Source: Candidatus Nomurabacteria bacterium (lineage in GTDB: Bacteria > Patescibacteriota > Minisyncoccia > Phycocordibacterales > UBA918). Taken from it: 64,000 bases of DNA. The translations under genes were made by a program, and so were the position numbers. The notes beneath the pieces were generated by a model. That model searched no databases, was not told where the DNA came from, and saw nothing but the letters and a program-made list of their open reading frames with translations. The DNA is taken from positions 957,932 through 1,021,931 of the forward strand of contig CP060227.1 of assembly GCA_023898525.1 (NCBI GenBank), given 5' to 3'. Shown here one piece after another: positions 46,430 through 55,401 of the stretch (positions are counted from its first letter, which is position 1; the number at the start of each line of letters is the position of its first letter).

Positions 46430-47410
46430 ATGCCAAAAAAGAAAGAGATTGGTCCAATGGTCATTTACCAAACAAAGTCTGGTGCGCTTGAATTGCGTGG
46501 GGATGCGAAGAAAGAGACTTTGTGGGCGACTCAAGCTCAGATTGCACAAGCATTTGATGTTGATGTACGTACTATAAACGAGCATATAAAAAATATTTAT
46601 AAGACTGAGGAGCTGTTTGAGAAGTCAACTATCCGGAAATTCCGGATAGTTCAAACTGAAGGGAAGCGTACGGTTAAACGTGAAATGAATCACTATAATC
46701 TAGATATGATTATTTCGGTTGGTTATCGAGTAAACAGTAAGAAGGCGACTCAATTTCGTCAATGGTCCACCAAGACACTTCGTGAACATATTGTCAAGGG
46801 TTACACTATAAATCGTAAGCGAATAGGACATAATTACGATATTTTTATGAAGGCTGTAGCGGACGTTCAGGCACTACTACCTGAACATGTCACTCTTGAC
46901 CCTAAGACAGTACTTGAACTTATTAAGGAGTTTGCTTCAACGTGGGTTTCACTTGATGCATATGACAAAGAATCTCTAGAAATCAAAGGGGTGACCAAAA
47001 AGCGTGTGACGCTTGTGGGTGCGGATTTACGCAATGCGATCAATGAGCTTAAGTACGAACTTGTGCGTAAAGGTGAGGCTGCTGATATATTTGCGTCTGA
47101 ACGTAGAGAGGGAGATGTGGAAGGTATTGTTGGAAATGTTATGCAGTCTTTTGATGGAAAGTTCGTATATTCTACAGTAGAAGAAAAAGCTGCTCATCTT
47201 CTATATTTTATGGTCAAGAATCACCCATTCATCGACGGAAATAAAAGGTCTGGTGCTTTTGCGTTTGTATGGTTTCTTAGAAAGACAGGTGTACGTGGAG
47301 CTAAAAATATAAACCCAGCAGCCCTCACAACCCTAACTCTTCTTATTGCAGAAAGTGATCCAAAGCAAAAGGATCAAATTGTTGCTTTGGTAACTCAAAT
47401 GTTGAAGTAG
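46430..47410 (+). CDS. RhuM-family N-terminal domain fused to a Fic/Doc domain
   Basis: Fic motif HPFIDGNKRSG. The N-terminal region is RhuM-like (…NHYNLDMIISVGYRVNS…). Confidence 0.75.
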   Translation: MPKKKEIGPMVIYQTKSGALELRGDAKKETLWATQAQIAQAFDVDVRTINEHIKNIYKTEELFEKSTIRKFRIVQTEGKRTVKREMNHYNLDMIISVGYRVNSKKATQFRQWSTKTLREHIVKGYTINRKRIGHNYDIFMKAVADVQALLPEHVTLDPKTVLELIKEFASTWVSLDAYDKESLEIKGVTKKRVTLVGADLRNAINELKYELVRKGEAADIFASERREGDVEGIVGNVMQSFDGKFVYSTVEEKAAHLLYFMVKNHPFIDGNKRSGAFAFVWFLRKTGVRGAKNINPAALTTLTLLIAESDPKQKDQIVALVTQMLK

Positions 47411-47464
47411 TGGGAGTTTTTAATATTAAAGTAGCTAATGTGATGTGGGTGTTGATGGGCAGGT

Positions 47465-48127
47465 ATGGGTAGACTTAGATACTGCCAAGGAATATATGGA
47501 ATCAAAGTGTTAAAAGGTTCTCAATCTACACCAGCTTTTGATATACTTACATGCATGAAAACAGCAATCATTATTCACGGAATGCCTGGCAAGGAAGGAT
47601 ATTTTAATCCAGAAAACGACGCTGAATCTAACTGTCATTGGTTACCTTGGATTCAAAGACAGCTTATTGTAAATGGTATTTTAGCTCAAACCCCCGAAAT
47701 GCCTGAGCCTTATACTCCAAATTATGAAAAATGGTTTTCACTGTTCTCTCAATTCAAGGTGGATGAGCAAACAGACCTTATTGGACATAGTTGCGGGGCA
47801 GGATTTTTACTACGCTGGCTTAGTGAAAATAAATTATCGGTCGGTAAGTTGGTTCTTGTTGCTCCATGGATGGATCCAGATAATGAACTGGGAGACGATA
47901 ATAGTTTTTTTGACTTCGAAATAGACCCTGAGTTGGTTCAAAGAACTAAAGGAATATACACCTTTAATTCTTTAGATGACGATCGTGCTGTTCATGAAAG
48001 TGTTAGAAATATTCTTGAAAAACTACCTAAAAGCAATTTGATTGAGATGAAGAACATGGGACACTTCACTTTTTCTTCTATGCGCACGAGAGAATTTCCC
48101 GAACTTGCTACTGCTTTACTCAAATAA
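47465..48127 (+). CDS. Alpha/beta hydrolase (serine hydrolase, YdeN-like)
   Basis: GxSxG motif GHSCGAG. 220 aa. Confidence 0.55.
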   Translation: MGRLRYCQGIYGIKVLKGSQSTPAFDILTCMKTAIIIHGMPGKEGYFNPENDAESNCHWLPWIQRQLIVNGILAQTPEMPEPYTPNYEKWFSLFSQFKVDEQTDLIGHSCGAGFLLRWLSENKLSVGKLVLVAPWMDPDNELGDDNSFFDFEIDPELVQRTKGIYTFNSLDDDRAVHESVRNILEKLPKSNLIEMKNMGHFTFSSMRTREFPELATALLK

Positions 48128-48199
48128 GCATTTATGTAGTTGTTTACTGAGTAAAACACGAAGGAGTGATGAGAGGAGGGTTGGATAATTGTAGTTGCT

Positions 48200-48325
48200 C
48201 CTAGGCTGGACCTCGTGGTAAATACTTGGTTTGTGAGGATTACGGAGCGATAAGGATTGTTGATGTTGGGGTTTGAGGGTGTTTGGCGAAAATGGTGGCT
48301 GAACCTGTTTCTGTGACCCCATTAC
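48200..48325 (+). repeat. Intergenic repeat B copy 1
   Basis: ...GGTTTGTGAGGATTACGGAGCGATAAGGATTGTTGATGTTGGGGTTTGAGGGTGTTTGGCGAAAATGGTGGCTGA... preceded by a half-palindrome cctaggctggacctcg. Confidence 0.65.
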
Positions 48326-48411
48326 TGCTATTTCCCTGTATAATCTAGTATAGTATAGTTGCTAAAATTATTCATAATAATGGAAATATTCTATTTACAA
48401 CCTTAAATAAC

Positions 48412-49083
48412 ATGCCAAATGAAGTTATCTTTTTTTTAATTTTATCAATTGACCTCGCACTTATTCTTTTCGCATTTAGACTTGGAAAGGAGTGGTTGTT
48501 CGCTGCAATTGCAGCGAACATGATTATTGTGAATTTTACATCATCTTTGCTTATTCCATTATTTGGCTTTGTTGCAAGTGCGGCTGCTGTTACATATGCA
48601 GCAATTTTTTTAGCAACAGATATTCTTACTGAGCATTATGGAAAGAAAGAAGGTTATAAATCTGTATGGATTGCATTCACAATGACATTGCTGTTTGTAG
48701 TTATAACGCAGTTAGTTTTATCATTTGATTCTATTTCTGACACAGCGTCTCTTAGTGAGTCGATGAGAAAAGCGTTAGAAGCAAGCCCCAGAATTGCTTT
48801 GGCAGGATTAACGGCATACCTTGTCGCTCAGAACTTTGATATTTGGTTTTATCATTTAATTCATTCAAAAACTGGTCCGAGACTTCTTTGGCTTCGCAAC
48901 AACTTGAGTACTATGGTTTCTCAAGCGATTGACTCTGTTATATTTTTCTCAATTGCATTTGTCGGAGTACTTCCATTTGTAGTAATTGTACAACTTATTA
49001 TAACTGGGTATGTAGCAAAGCTTGTGGTGGCTGTTATTGATACTCCTTTTGTTTATTTAAGTTATCTGATTAAAAAGAAGTAA
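48412..49083 (+). CDS. Putative queuosine-precursor transporter (YhhQ/DUF165-like)
   Basis: 223 aa, six TM helices and DUF165-like topology. Confidence 0.45.
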   Translation: MPNEVIFFLILSIDLALILFAFRLGKEWLFAAIAANMIIVNFTSSLLIPLFGFVASAAAVTYAAIFLATDILTEHYGKKEGYKSVWIAFTMTLLFVVITQLVLSFDSISDTASLSESMRKALEASPRIALAGLTAYLVAQNFDIWFYHLIHSKTGPRLLWLRNNLSTMVSQAIDSVIFFSIAFVGVLPFVVIVQLIITGYVAKLVVAVIDTPFVYLSYLIKKK

Positions 49084-49149
49084 AGTAAACGGTAGTAATA
49101 GGAAAATGAGGATAAGTATAATGTTTTAACATTAGAGTGTTAATTCTCT

Positions 49150-49256
49150 CGAGGTCCATCCTAGGGGTTCCCCCAGGATGGACCTCGGGGTCTGTAAGGA
49201 TAATGGAGCGATAAGGATTGTTGGTGCTGGGGTTTGAGGGTGGGTGATGTAGCCGT
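49150..49256 (+). repeat. Intergenic repeat B copy 2 (3' part replaced by a MITE insertion)
   Basis: Perfect palindrome cgaggtccatcctagggg-ttc-ccccaggatggacctcgg followed by GGAGCGATAAGGATTGTTGGTGCTGGGGTTTGAGGGTG. Confidence 0.65.
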
Positions 49257-49389
49257 GGTACCTGTGCTAATTAATTTCTTTAGAAAATAACTGAGGAACC
49301 ACCTTTTCCCGTTGCTCTCACCACTCCTCTTTAAGGTCGCACCTCCGTTATTTTCTTTATTTTACTTGATTTTAATTAGCACAGGTGCC
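49257..49389 (+). mobile_element. MITE-1 (133 bp) with 18-bp terminal inverted repeats GGTACCTGTGCTAATTAA / TTAATTAGCACAGGTGCC
   Basis: Perfect TIRs. The internal core 49298-49358 is shared with 10213-10279 and with 36820-36890 (inverted). Inserted into repeat B copy 2. Confidence 0.6.
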
Positions 49390-49465
49390 AGCCGTAATGG
49401 TTGACATAAGACATTATTTGTGTTATCTTATGGTTGGCAATTTCGCCTACAAACAGGAGAAATAA

Positions 49466-50392
49466 ATGTACAAAAAACTATGTGCAATTTTAATTTTCGT
49501 AGCAATATTTTTGTCCGGCTGTTCAACAGAGTCAATTAACGGAGGTGAAGTTGGTGTTATCCAAGATAAACCCTTTTTCTTTGGAAATGAAGGTTTTCGA
49601 GAACATGTTGAACCGCAAGGTAGAGTTGTTACCTGGCTCACTTCAGATATTCACAAAGTATTCATAGCACCACAAACGATACGGATATCTGTAGATGATC
49701 TAATGTCAAAAGATAAAGTACCTTTAGATTTTGACATTGCCGTAACCATAGAATCAACTAGTCCGGAAACTGTGTGGAAAATGCTTAGTCAGTACGGTGG
49801 AGGAGTCACACATACATTTAACAAGTTTGTCTTACAAGGCACCTACACACAAGAAGGTGTTTTAATTAGGCCAACAGGTGAATTTATGAGTCACCTTCGC
49901 GATAAGGTAAAGACTTACGCAATGGACGAGTATGTAGTAGGTCAAACAATGGAAGGTAAGACATCTTCTGCCAGTAAGGACACAGAAGAATCTCTTGTTT
50001 CTTACGTTAATAGTTTTTTGGAAAGCAGAGGTGTTGAAATCAGGGTTGTGAATATAGCTTTAGGAAGAGCGATACCTCCACAGGGTGTAAAAGACTCTAT
50101 GGAAAGGACTGCAGAGCAAATACAAAGAGTGAGAACAGAAGCAGAAAGAGAGCAGGCTGAAATCTCACGAAAGAATGCAGAAAAGGCTGCAGCTGATGCA
50201 GATAAACAATATATGGAAGAACTTGGTATAACTTCTGAGCAGTACTTAAAAATCAGAGAACTGCAGATGGTTGAAAACGTTTGCGGTAAATCAGCAAAAG
50301 ATCTAAAAGATAATGATCAACAAGGTAATAAACCTCGTTGTATGCTGGTTTATGGCCAAGCCTTACCAACAATAAGTACATCAATGGATTAA
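49466..50392 (+). CDS. SPFH/band-7 domain lipoprotein
   Basis: Lipobox LSGCS, SPFH core and a C-terminal coiled-coil. 308 aa. Confidence 0.65.
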   Translation: MYKKLCAILIFVAIFLSGCSTESINGGEVGVIQDKPFFFGNEGFREHVEPQGRVVTWLTSDIHKVFIAPQTIRISVDDLMSKDKVPLDFDIAVTIESTSPETVWKMLSQYGGGVTHTFNKFVLQGTYTQEGVLIRPTGEFMSHLRDKVKTYAMDEYVVGQTMEGKTSSASKDTEESLVSYVNSFLESRGVEIRVVNIALGRAIPPQGVKDSMERTAEQIQRVRTEAEREQAEISRKNAEKAAADADKQYMEELGITSEQYLKIRELQMVENVCGKSAKDLKDNDQQGNKPRCMLVYGQALPTISTSMD

Positions 50393-50405
50393 AATTTCAT
50401 TGTTA

Positions 50406-50431
50406 AATCCCCGACAACCTCGGGGATTTAT
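50406..50431 (+). terminator. Intrinsic terminator
   Basis: aaatccccga-caacc-tcggggattt followed by ATTTATG. Confidence 0.55.
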
Positions 50432-50461
50432 TTATGTTTTTGTAGTTTTTACTTTATTTTG

Positions 50462-50600
50462 TCCCGAGGGTAACCCTCGGGATAGGTTTGGTTTGTGAAG
50501 AAGGTGGAGCGATAAGGATTGTTGATGCTGGGGTTTGAGGGTGGTTGGTGAAAATGGTGGCTGACCCCATTTACTCATTTACTCATTTACTCATTTACTG
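50462..50600 (+). repeat. Intergenic repeat B copy 3 plus CATTTACT tandem repeats (x4)
   Basis: Palindrome cccgagggt-aa-ccctcggg then ...GGAGCGATAAGGATTGTTGATGCTGGGGTTTGAGGGTGGTTGGTGAAAATGGTGGCTGACCCC, followed by catttactcatttactcatttact. Confidence 0.65.
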
Positions 50601-50731
50601 GCTGACCCTATTTACTGCGTTTATCCCATTTATCATTATGTATATATCAAAGATGACGGATATACCACCATTTAAACTTTTACCTTGTCTGTGAGTTTAC
50701 AATTTATAATTATGGCGTATATTAGATATAT

Positions 50732-51448
50732 ATGGAAGATAATTCTTTGGTTTTTCTTTCGAGTCATATAGCTCTGAGCTTTGAAAAGCCTTTACTCTCA
50801 CCTGAAAACCATTATGTTGATTTGAATACCAAAATGAAGGGTATTTTTGGTGATTCTCCCGATATTAATCCAGTACCATTTGTAAGTAACGATAGAGAAT
50901 TATTAGATTCTCCTGTGGTTCAGGCTGTGTCAGAAGATGGTAAATATCAGTTAAATATAGCCAGAGGCAGAATAGACTTCTATAGACATGCAACACTTAA
51001 CGAGATTGCATTTTCTGACACAAAAGAAGATTTCTTAGCAAAAGCGTTACAGATTACAGAAATAACAACATCTTCTTTGGGTGTAAAGTGGATGGGCTTT
51101 GTTGTTGCTTATATTTACGTAAATAATAATCTAAAAACTGTATCTCACAACGTTTTAAATTCAGATATCGTAGATATAAATCCTGGAGATTCAAATTCAT
51201 TCTTTGCTAGAAATACTAACAAAATAAATGTGGGTAAAGTTTTATCAAACAACTTAATTGCAATTGGGTCTGGAACTGCCAGTAAGGAAAAACAAGAGCC
51301 GGTACAAGGTATTATGATAAATCAAGATTTTAACACAAGAGCTTCAGAGAATATTATTGATAAGGACTTTGTTAAATTATACATTGATGAATCAGAAAAA
51401 CTTATTAAGGTAGGTGAAGTTTTAAGAATCCTAAAAATTATTATATGA
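50732..51448 (+). CDS. Hypothetical protein (238 aa), first gene of an AT-rich three-gene operon
   Basis: ORF only. Overlaps the next gene by 4 nt (ATGA). Confidence 0.5.
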   Translation: MEDNSLVFLSSHIALSFEKPLLSPENHYVDLNTKMKGIFGDSPDINPVPFVSNDRELLDSPVVQAVSEDGKYQLNIARGRIDFYRHATLNEIAFSDTKEDFLAKALQITEITTSSLGVKWMGFVVAYIYVNNNLKTVSHNVLNSDIVDINPGDSNSFFARNTNKINVGKVLSNNLIAIGSGTASKEKQEPVQGIMINQDFNTRASENIIDKDFVKLYIDESEKLIKVGEVLRILKIII

Positions 51449-51987
51449 GTCTAGCTATACAGAATTATTCTTACAATACATCTGGCAAGACAGCTTTCAG
51501 AGATTTTTTTGTAAATGATAGTACTGCTGGCATACCTAGTCCTTATGCTAAGAGGTTTATTTATACAAATCGTTATGATTACGTACATTCATTTAAGCCA
51601 GAGGGTCCTATTTTTGATACCGATATTAGTAGAGGAAAAAAAGCGTCTGAGCTAAATAAAAAAATAGTTTCAAATTATTTAGATGCTTTTCAAATTGAAA
51701 ATTCAATAATAAAACCAGAAAAAGTTAGAAGTTTTTTGATTAAAAACAGAAGTATTTTTGGTAAATTAACCAAGTTGATAACACTTGCTCTGGCAGATTA
51801 TCAAGATTTGATAGAGAGTATATGTTTGAGGGTTTTAGCTGATGAATCAGGTAAGCAGGAGTTTGTACTAGTTGAATTTAATTTGAACGAAGAAATTGAT
51901 GTAGATGATTCAATAGAGATAGATGATGATTTTAAGTATAAAAACCCTGATTTGTCCAATAATCTAATAAATTTTGATTTTGTATAA
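51445..51987 (+). CDS. Hypothetical protein (180 aa, acidic C-terminus), second gene of the operon
   Basis: ORF only. Overlaps the next gene by 1 nt (TAATG). Confidence 0.5.
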   Translation: MSLAIQNYSYNTSGKTAFRDFFVNDSTAGIPSPYAKRFIYTNRYDYVHSFKPEGPIFDTDISRGKKASELNKKIVSNYLDAFQIENSIIKPEKVRSFLIKNRSIFGKLTKLITLALADYQDLIESICLRVLADESGKQEFVLVEFNLNEEIDVDDSIEIDDDFKYKNPDLSNNLINFDFV

Positions 51988-52391
51988 TGTCTTTTGATTG
52001 GAATAATTATTTAGAGTTAGCAAAAGTTTTAAGAGATGACTCTACAGTTGTAACAAATAATTTAACTGAAGCACAGCAAAGGTCGTCGGTCAGTAGAGTA
52101 TATTATTCAGCTTATAATTTAGTTCTTTCTCACGCAAAAACCCTAGGCTATTCTTTCCCGTACTTAAGAGATTCTAAAACAGGTAAACCTCTTACGGGTT
52201 CCCATGCTGATCTGATACAATTTTGCAAAGACCATACAGATCCTGTTATTAACAATATAGCCCGAGATCTTGAGTCTTGCAGGAATTCTAGAGTAATAGC
52301 GGACTACGAAGATGATTTTCCCGAATTAAATAAGAAAAACAAAATTGCGATTAAAAAAGTAACGAGGATTTTAAAAGTGCTTAATCCATAG
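51987..52391 (+). CDS. Hypothetical protein (134 aa, alpha-helical; weak HEPN/Abi-like flavour, unverified), third gene of the operon
   Basis: ORF only. The C-terminal segment ...ESCRNSRVIADYEDDF... is suggestive but not a canonical Rx4-6H motif. Confidence 0.45.
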   Translation: MSFDWNNYLELAKVLRDDSTVVTNNLTEAQQRSSVSRVYYSAYNLVLSHAKTLGYSFPYLRDSKTGKPLTGSHADLIQFCKDHTDPVINNIARDLESCRNSRVIADYEDDFPELNKKNKIAIKKVTRILKVLNP

Positions 52392-52541
52392 ATTAGCTTT
52401 TTTATTACTTGGTTTTAAATTACAAATAGGTAAAAAACAACAAGCAACTAAAATCTACTCTCTACTCTTATTGCAATAAACCCCTACCTAAATTACTATA
52501 ATGTACACACGTATACTAACAGTAATAATTTCAAATAAAAT

Positions 52542-53090
52542 ATGTCCTTACTAAACACTCTTAATCTTTTGTTTGCTTCTGGTGGACTCGTTTTGGCGGT
52601 GGTGACCATTGGCTTGTATGTAGATTATTTCTATAACCAAAGTAAGTTTTTTGACCGTTGGCTGGCTCGGTTTGCTTGGTCGATTGTTATGGTGACTACT
52701 ATCGGTAGTGTAGCTATTACACTTCTATACTCGGAGTATTTTGGTTTTGTGCCATGTTCACTTTGTTGGTTGCAACGGATTGCCATGTATCCGCAGGCTT
52801 TGCTTTCGGTGATGGCTTTCAGAATGAAGGAGCGCGTATTTTTCCCGCTATACAGTATTGCTTTGTCGGTATTTGGTTTTGTGGTCGCTGTCTATCACTA
52901 CATCTACCAAATGCAACCAAAAGAAGAATTGGCTAACGGCGTCATGCCTTGCTTGGCTGATGGTTCGGCTGACTGTGCGACTAAGGTGATTGATATGTTC
53001 GGCTTTGTGACCTTCCCGCTATTGTCCGCGATAACTTTCGCTTTCTTGATTGTGGTGTATTTGAATATGCGGAGGGGAGGGAGAGAATAG
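52542..53090 (+). CDS. Disulfide bond formation protein B (DsbB/BdbC family)
   Basis: Four TM helices with Cys pairs CSLC and PC...C in the periplasmic loops. Confidence 0.7.
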   Translation: MSLLNTLNLLFASGGLVLAVVTIGLYVDYFYNQSKFFDRWLARFAWSIVMVTTIGSVAITLLYSEYFGFVPCSLCWLQRIAMYPQALLSVMAFRMKERVFFPLYSIALSVFGFVVAVYHYIYQMQPKEELANGVMPCLADGSADCATKVIDMFGFVTFPLLSAITFAFLIVVYLNMRRGGRE

Positions 53091-53153
53091 GTCTTCACTT
53101 TTTCGTTTTTATCCTTAGAACTAAACAGGCTAGGGAAAATAAAATTAGCGCAT

Positions 53154-53187
53154 TAAAAAACAACCGGATGAACGGTTGTTTTTTTAA
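53154..53187. terminator. Bidirectional terminator
   Basis: aaaaaacaaccg-gatgaa-cggttgttttttt. Confidence 0.65.
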
Positions 53188-53192
53188 TGCGC

Positions 53193-53285
53193 TTATTCGT
53201 TGCCGCTTCCTGCCACATCATCACCTTCAGGCTGTCCAACTCCATCGTCGGGTTCAACAGCTGGGTTCTCTTCACGATCTTCCAT
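53193..53285 (-). CDS. Small acidic peptide (30 aa), not in the ORF track
   Basis: MEDREENPAVEPDDGVGQPEGDDVAGSGNE. Ends directly at the terminator. Confidence 0.25.
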   Translation of the reverse strand: MEDREENPAVEPDDGVGQPEGDDVAGSGNE

Positions 53286-53430
53286 ATATTTATTCTAAAT
53301 TTTATATACGAATAAAATTCGACCGTCACTCTTACTATTATACACGATTGATTGTTATGTATTGAGTTGTTAATTTAATTATGTATTTAGTAAAATTGGC
53401 TCTAGCTCAAAGTTAATATATAATCACAGC

Positions 53431-53847
53431 ATGAAAAGGATAATAATTTGCTGTTCAATATCAGTATCTGGTGACGTTTTACCTATTAAAAAAGATTTAG
53501 AAAAAATGGGTTTTGCAGTAGAAATTCCTTTTGGTGTTCAACAATATATTGATAACGGATATAAACATATAAGTGAGACTGAAAGAATGCAGAATAAAAT
53601 AGATATGGATTTAATTACTCGCTACTACAAAAGGATACAGGATAGCGATTATGTACTTATTATAAATACAGAGAAGGGGGGGAAAGAAAATTATATTGGT
53701 GGAAATACCTTTCTTGAGATGGGATTTGCTCACGTTCTAGGTAAACCTATGTTTGTTTTGAATCCATTGCCAGAAGTTTCTTATCGGGATGAGCTAGAGG
53801 CTATGAACTTAAAGGTTATTAACGGTGATTTGGGGTTGATAAAGTAG
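53431..53847 (+). CDS. Nucleoside 2-deoxyribosyltransferase-like protein (NDT/Rcl fold) paralogue 1
   Basis: Motif IGGNTFLEMGFAHVLGKPMFVL, matching the NDT-family catalytic Glu context. Confidence 0.55.
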   Translation: MKRIIICCSISVSGDVLPIKKDLEKMGFAVEIPFGVQQYIDNGYKHISETERMQNKIDMDLITRYYKRIQDSDYVLIINTEKGGKENYIGGNTFLEMGFAHVLGKPMFVLNPLPEVSYRDELEAMNLKVINGDLGLIK

Positions 53848-53896
53848 TTTTGCATCCAATAAGATCCCTGTTGATTTTTTGTTATAATACAAACTA

Positions 53897-54301
53897 ATGA
53901 ACAACTTCTCGCACCAAGCTTTAGAACTAAAAGAAGAATGGCCTTTGGTCTATACGGCCATGTCTAAGCATTTGTTTTATTACCGAATGTTTATTTCAAA
54001 ATACGTGTTGGAGCAGAGCGCTGTACCACTGAATCCTTTTATGGTGTTTGACTACTTTATGCTTGATGTTGTTGATCGGGATCTGGTGCGACAGGGTAAC
54101 AACAGTATGGTCAGGCGGAGTGATGAAATCTGGGTGTTTGGTCCGGTTAGTAACGGGGTTTTGGCTGAAGTGCAGATCGCTAAAGAGCAAGGAAAACCGG
54201 TGAAGTACTTTAAAACAGATAAGCCTCATACCATAATTTCGATAGATAAATTGGAAGTGGAAATGGAAGATGAGGTGAAGGAGTTTAGGGAGAGTCTGTA
54301 A
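53897..54301 (+). CDS. Nucleoside 2-deoxyribosyltransferase-like protein paralogue 2
   Basis: Motif VFGPVSNGVLAEVQIAKEQGKPVKYF. Confidence 0.55.
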   Translation: MNNFSHQALELKEEWPLVYTAMSKHLFYYRMFISKYVLEQSAVPLNPFMVFDYFMLDVVDRDLVRQGNNSMVRRSDEIWVFGPVSNGVLAEVQIAKEQGKPVKYFKTDKPHTIISIDKLEVEMEDEVKEFRESL

Positions 54302-54374
54302 TGTTTTATTTAGGTATTTTATTAACTTACATTAACCTGAGTCAAAGTGATTTAAATCTGCTAAACTTATATTA

Positions 54375-54623
54375 ATGGCAACAAAAATCGCTAGTGGTGT
54401 GGTGCATACTGTACCTAAAGACATGAGAGAGGCCCTCACTGCTTCTGAAAAGATAAGTGAAGCGTGGAATAGTCTTACTCCATTGGCGCGGAATGAGTGG
54501 ATTTGTTGGACAATTTCGGTCAAAAAGTCAGAAACTAGAAAGGACCATATAAAAAGAATGAGTCATGATATCACTCATGGTAAACGACGTCCTTGTTGCT
54601 GGCCAGGCTGCTCACATCGCTAA
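54375..54623 (+). CDS. YdeI/OmpD-associated family small protein
   Basis: 82 aa. Motif ...WNSLTPLARNEWICWTISVKKSETR... Confidence 0.4.
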   Translation: MATKIASGVVHTVPKDMREALTASEKISEAWNSLTPLARNEWICWTISVKKSETRKDHIKRMSHDITHGKRRPCCWPGCSHR

Positions 54624-54665
54624 TTTTAAACTTTTAATTTTCAAACTTATTTAGTAACATAGGGT

Positions 54666-55397
54666 ATGAAAAAGTTTTTAATCTTACAATTACGTCCCGA
54701 AGACGAAACTTCAGATAATGAATACGAAGCTTTTTTGAAGTTTGGTGGTCTTAAGGCCGAAGAAACTGAGCGGATTCGCATTGAGAAAAATGGTATTCCA
54801 GAACTAAATTTAGATAATTACTCAGCGATTATTGTTGGTGGGAGTCCGTTTGATATCAGCACTCCAGAAGACAAAAAAAGTGCTGTCCAGAAGAAGATCG
54901 AGGCTGATTTTAAAAAATTGTTTGACGAAGTAATTGGGAGGGATTTTCCTTTTCTTGGGGCTTGCTCCGGTAATGGGCTTTTGGGCAATTATTGTGGAGC
55001 GACTATTTCTAAAAAGTATGGCGAAGCGGTGGGTGGAGTTGATATTATTTTGACTGAAGAAGGGAAGAAAGATCAGTTGCTGGTCGGTCTACCAGAGACT
55101 TTTCGGGTGTTAGTGGGACATAAAGAGGCGTGTGATTCGACTCCTAAAGGCGCCGTATTATTGGCCTCTAGTGCTACTTGTCCAGTAGAGATGTTTCGAG
55201 TTAAGAACAATGTTTACGCTACCCAGTTTCACCCTGAGGGTGATGCCGAGGGTTTTACTGTTCGTATCAATATCTACAAACACCACGGATATTTCCCGGC
55301 TGAAGATGCTGAAAAGTTGATAGAAGCGGTAGAGAAAGAAGATACTCCGCATGCTCAAGAAATATTGCGTCGATTTGTGGAGATATTTCGAAAGTAA
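54666..55397 (+). CDS. Class I glutamine amidotransferase-like protein
   Basis: Nucleophile elbow LGACSG and His in TQFHPE. Confidence 0.7.
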   Translation: MKKFLILQLRPEDETSDNEYEAFLKFGGLKAEETERIRIEKNGIPELNLDNYSAIIVGGSPFDISTPEDKKSAVQKKIEADFKKLFDEVIGRDFPFLGACSGNGLLGNYCGATISKKYGEAVGGVDIILTEEGKKDQLLVGLPETFRVLVGHKEACDSTPKGAVLLASSATCPVEMFRVKNNVYATQFHPEGDAEGFTVRINIYKHHGYFPAEDAEKLIEAVEKEDTPHAQEILRRFVEIFRK

Positions 55398-55401
55398 TTA
55401 T

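Noticed and set aside
50566-50600. Possible CRISPR-like array (CATTTACT x4)
   Set aside because: The repeats are only 8 nt with no spacers. It is a simple tandem microsatellite adjacent to repeat B. No CRISPR arrays or cas genes were seen anywhere in the window.
54332-54523. 63-aa minus-strand ORF opposite the YdeI-like gene
   Set aside because: It overlaps the plus-strand ORF, which has a recognisable family signature. The minus-strand ORF has no signature.
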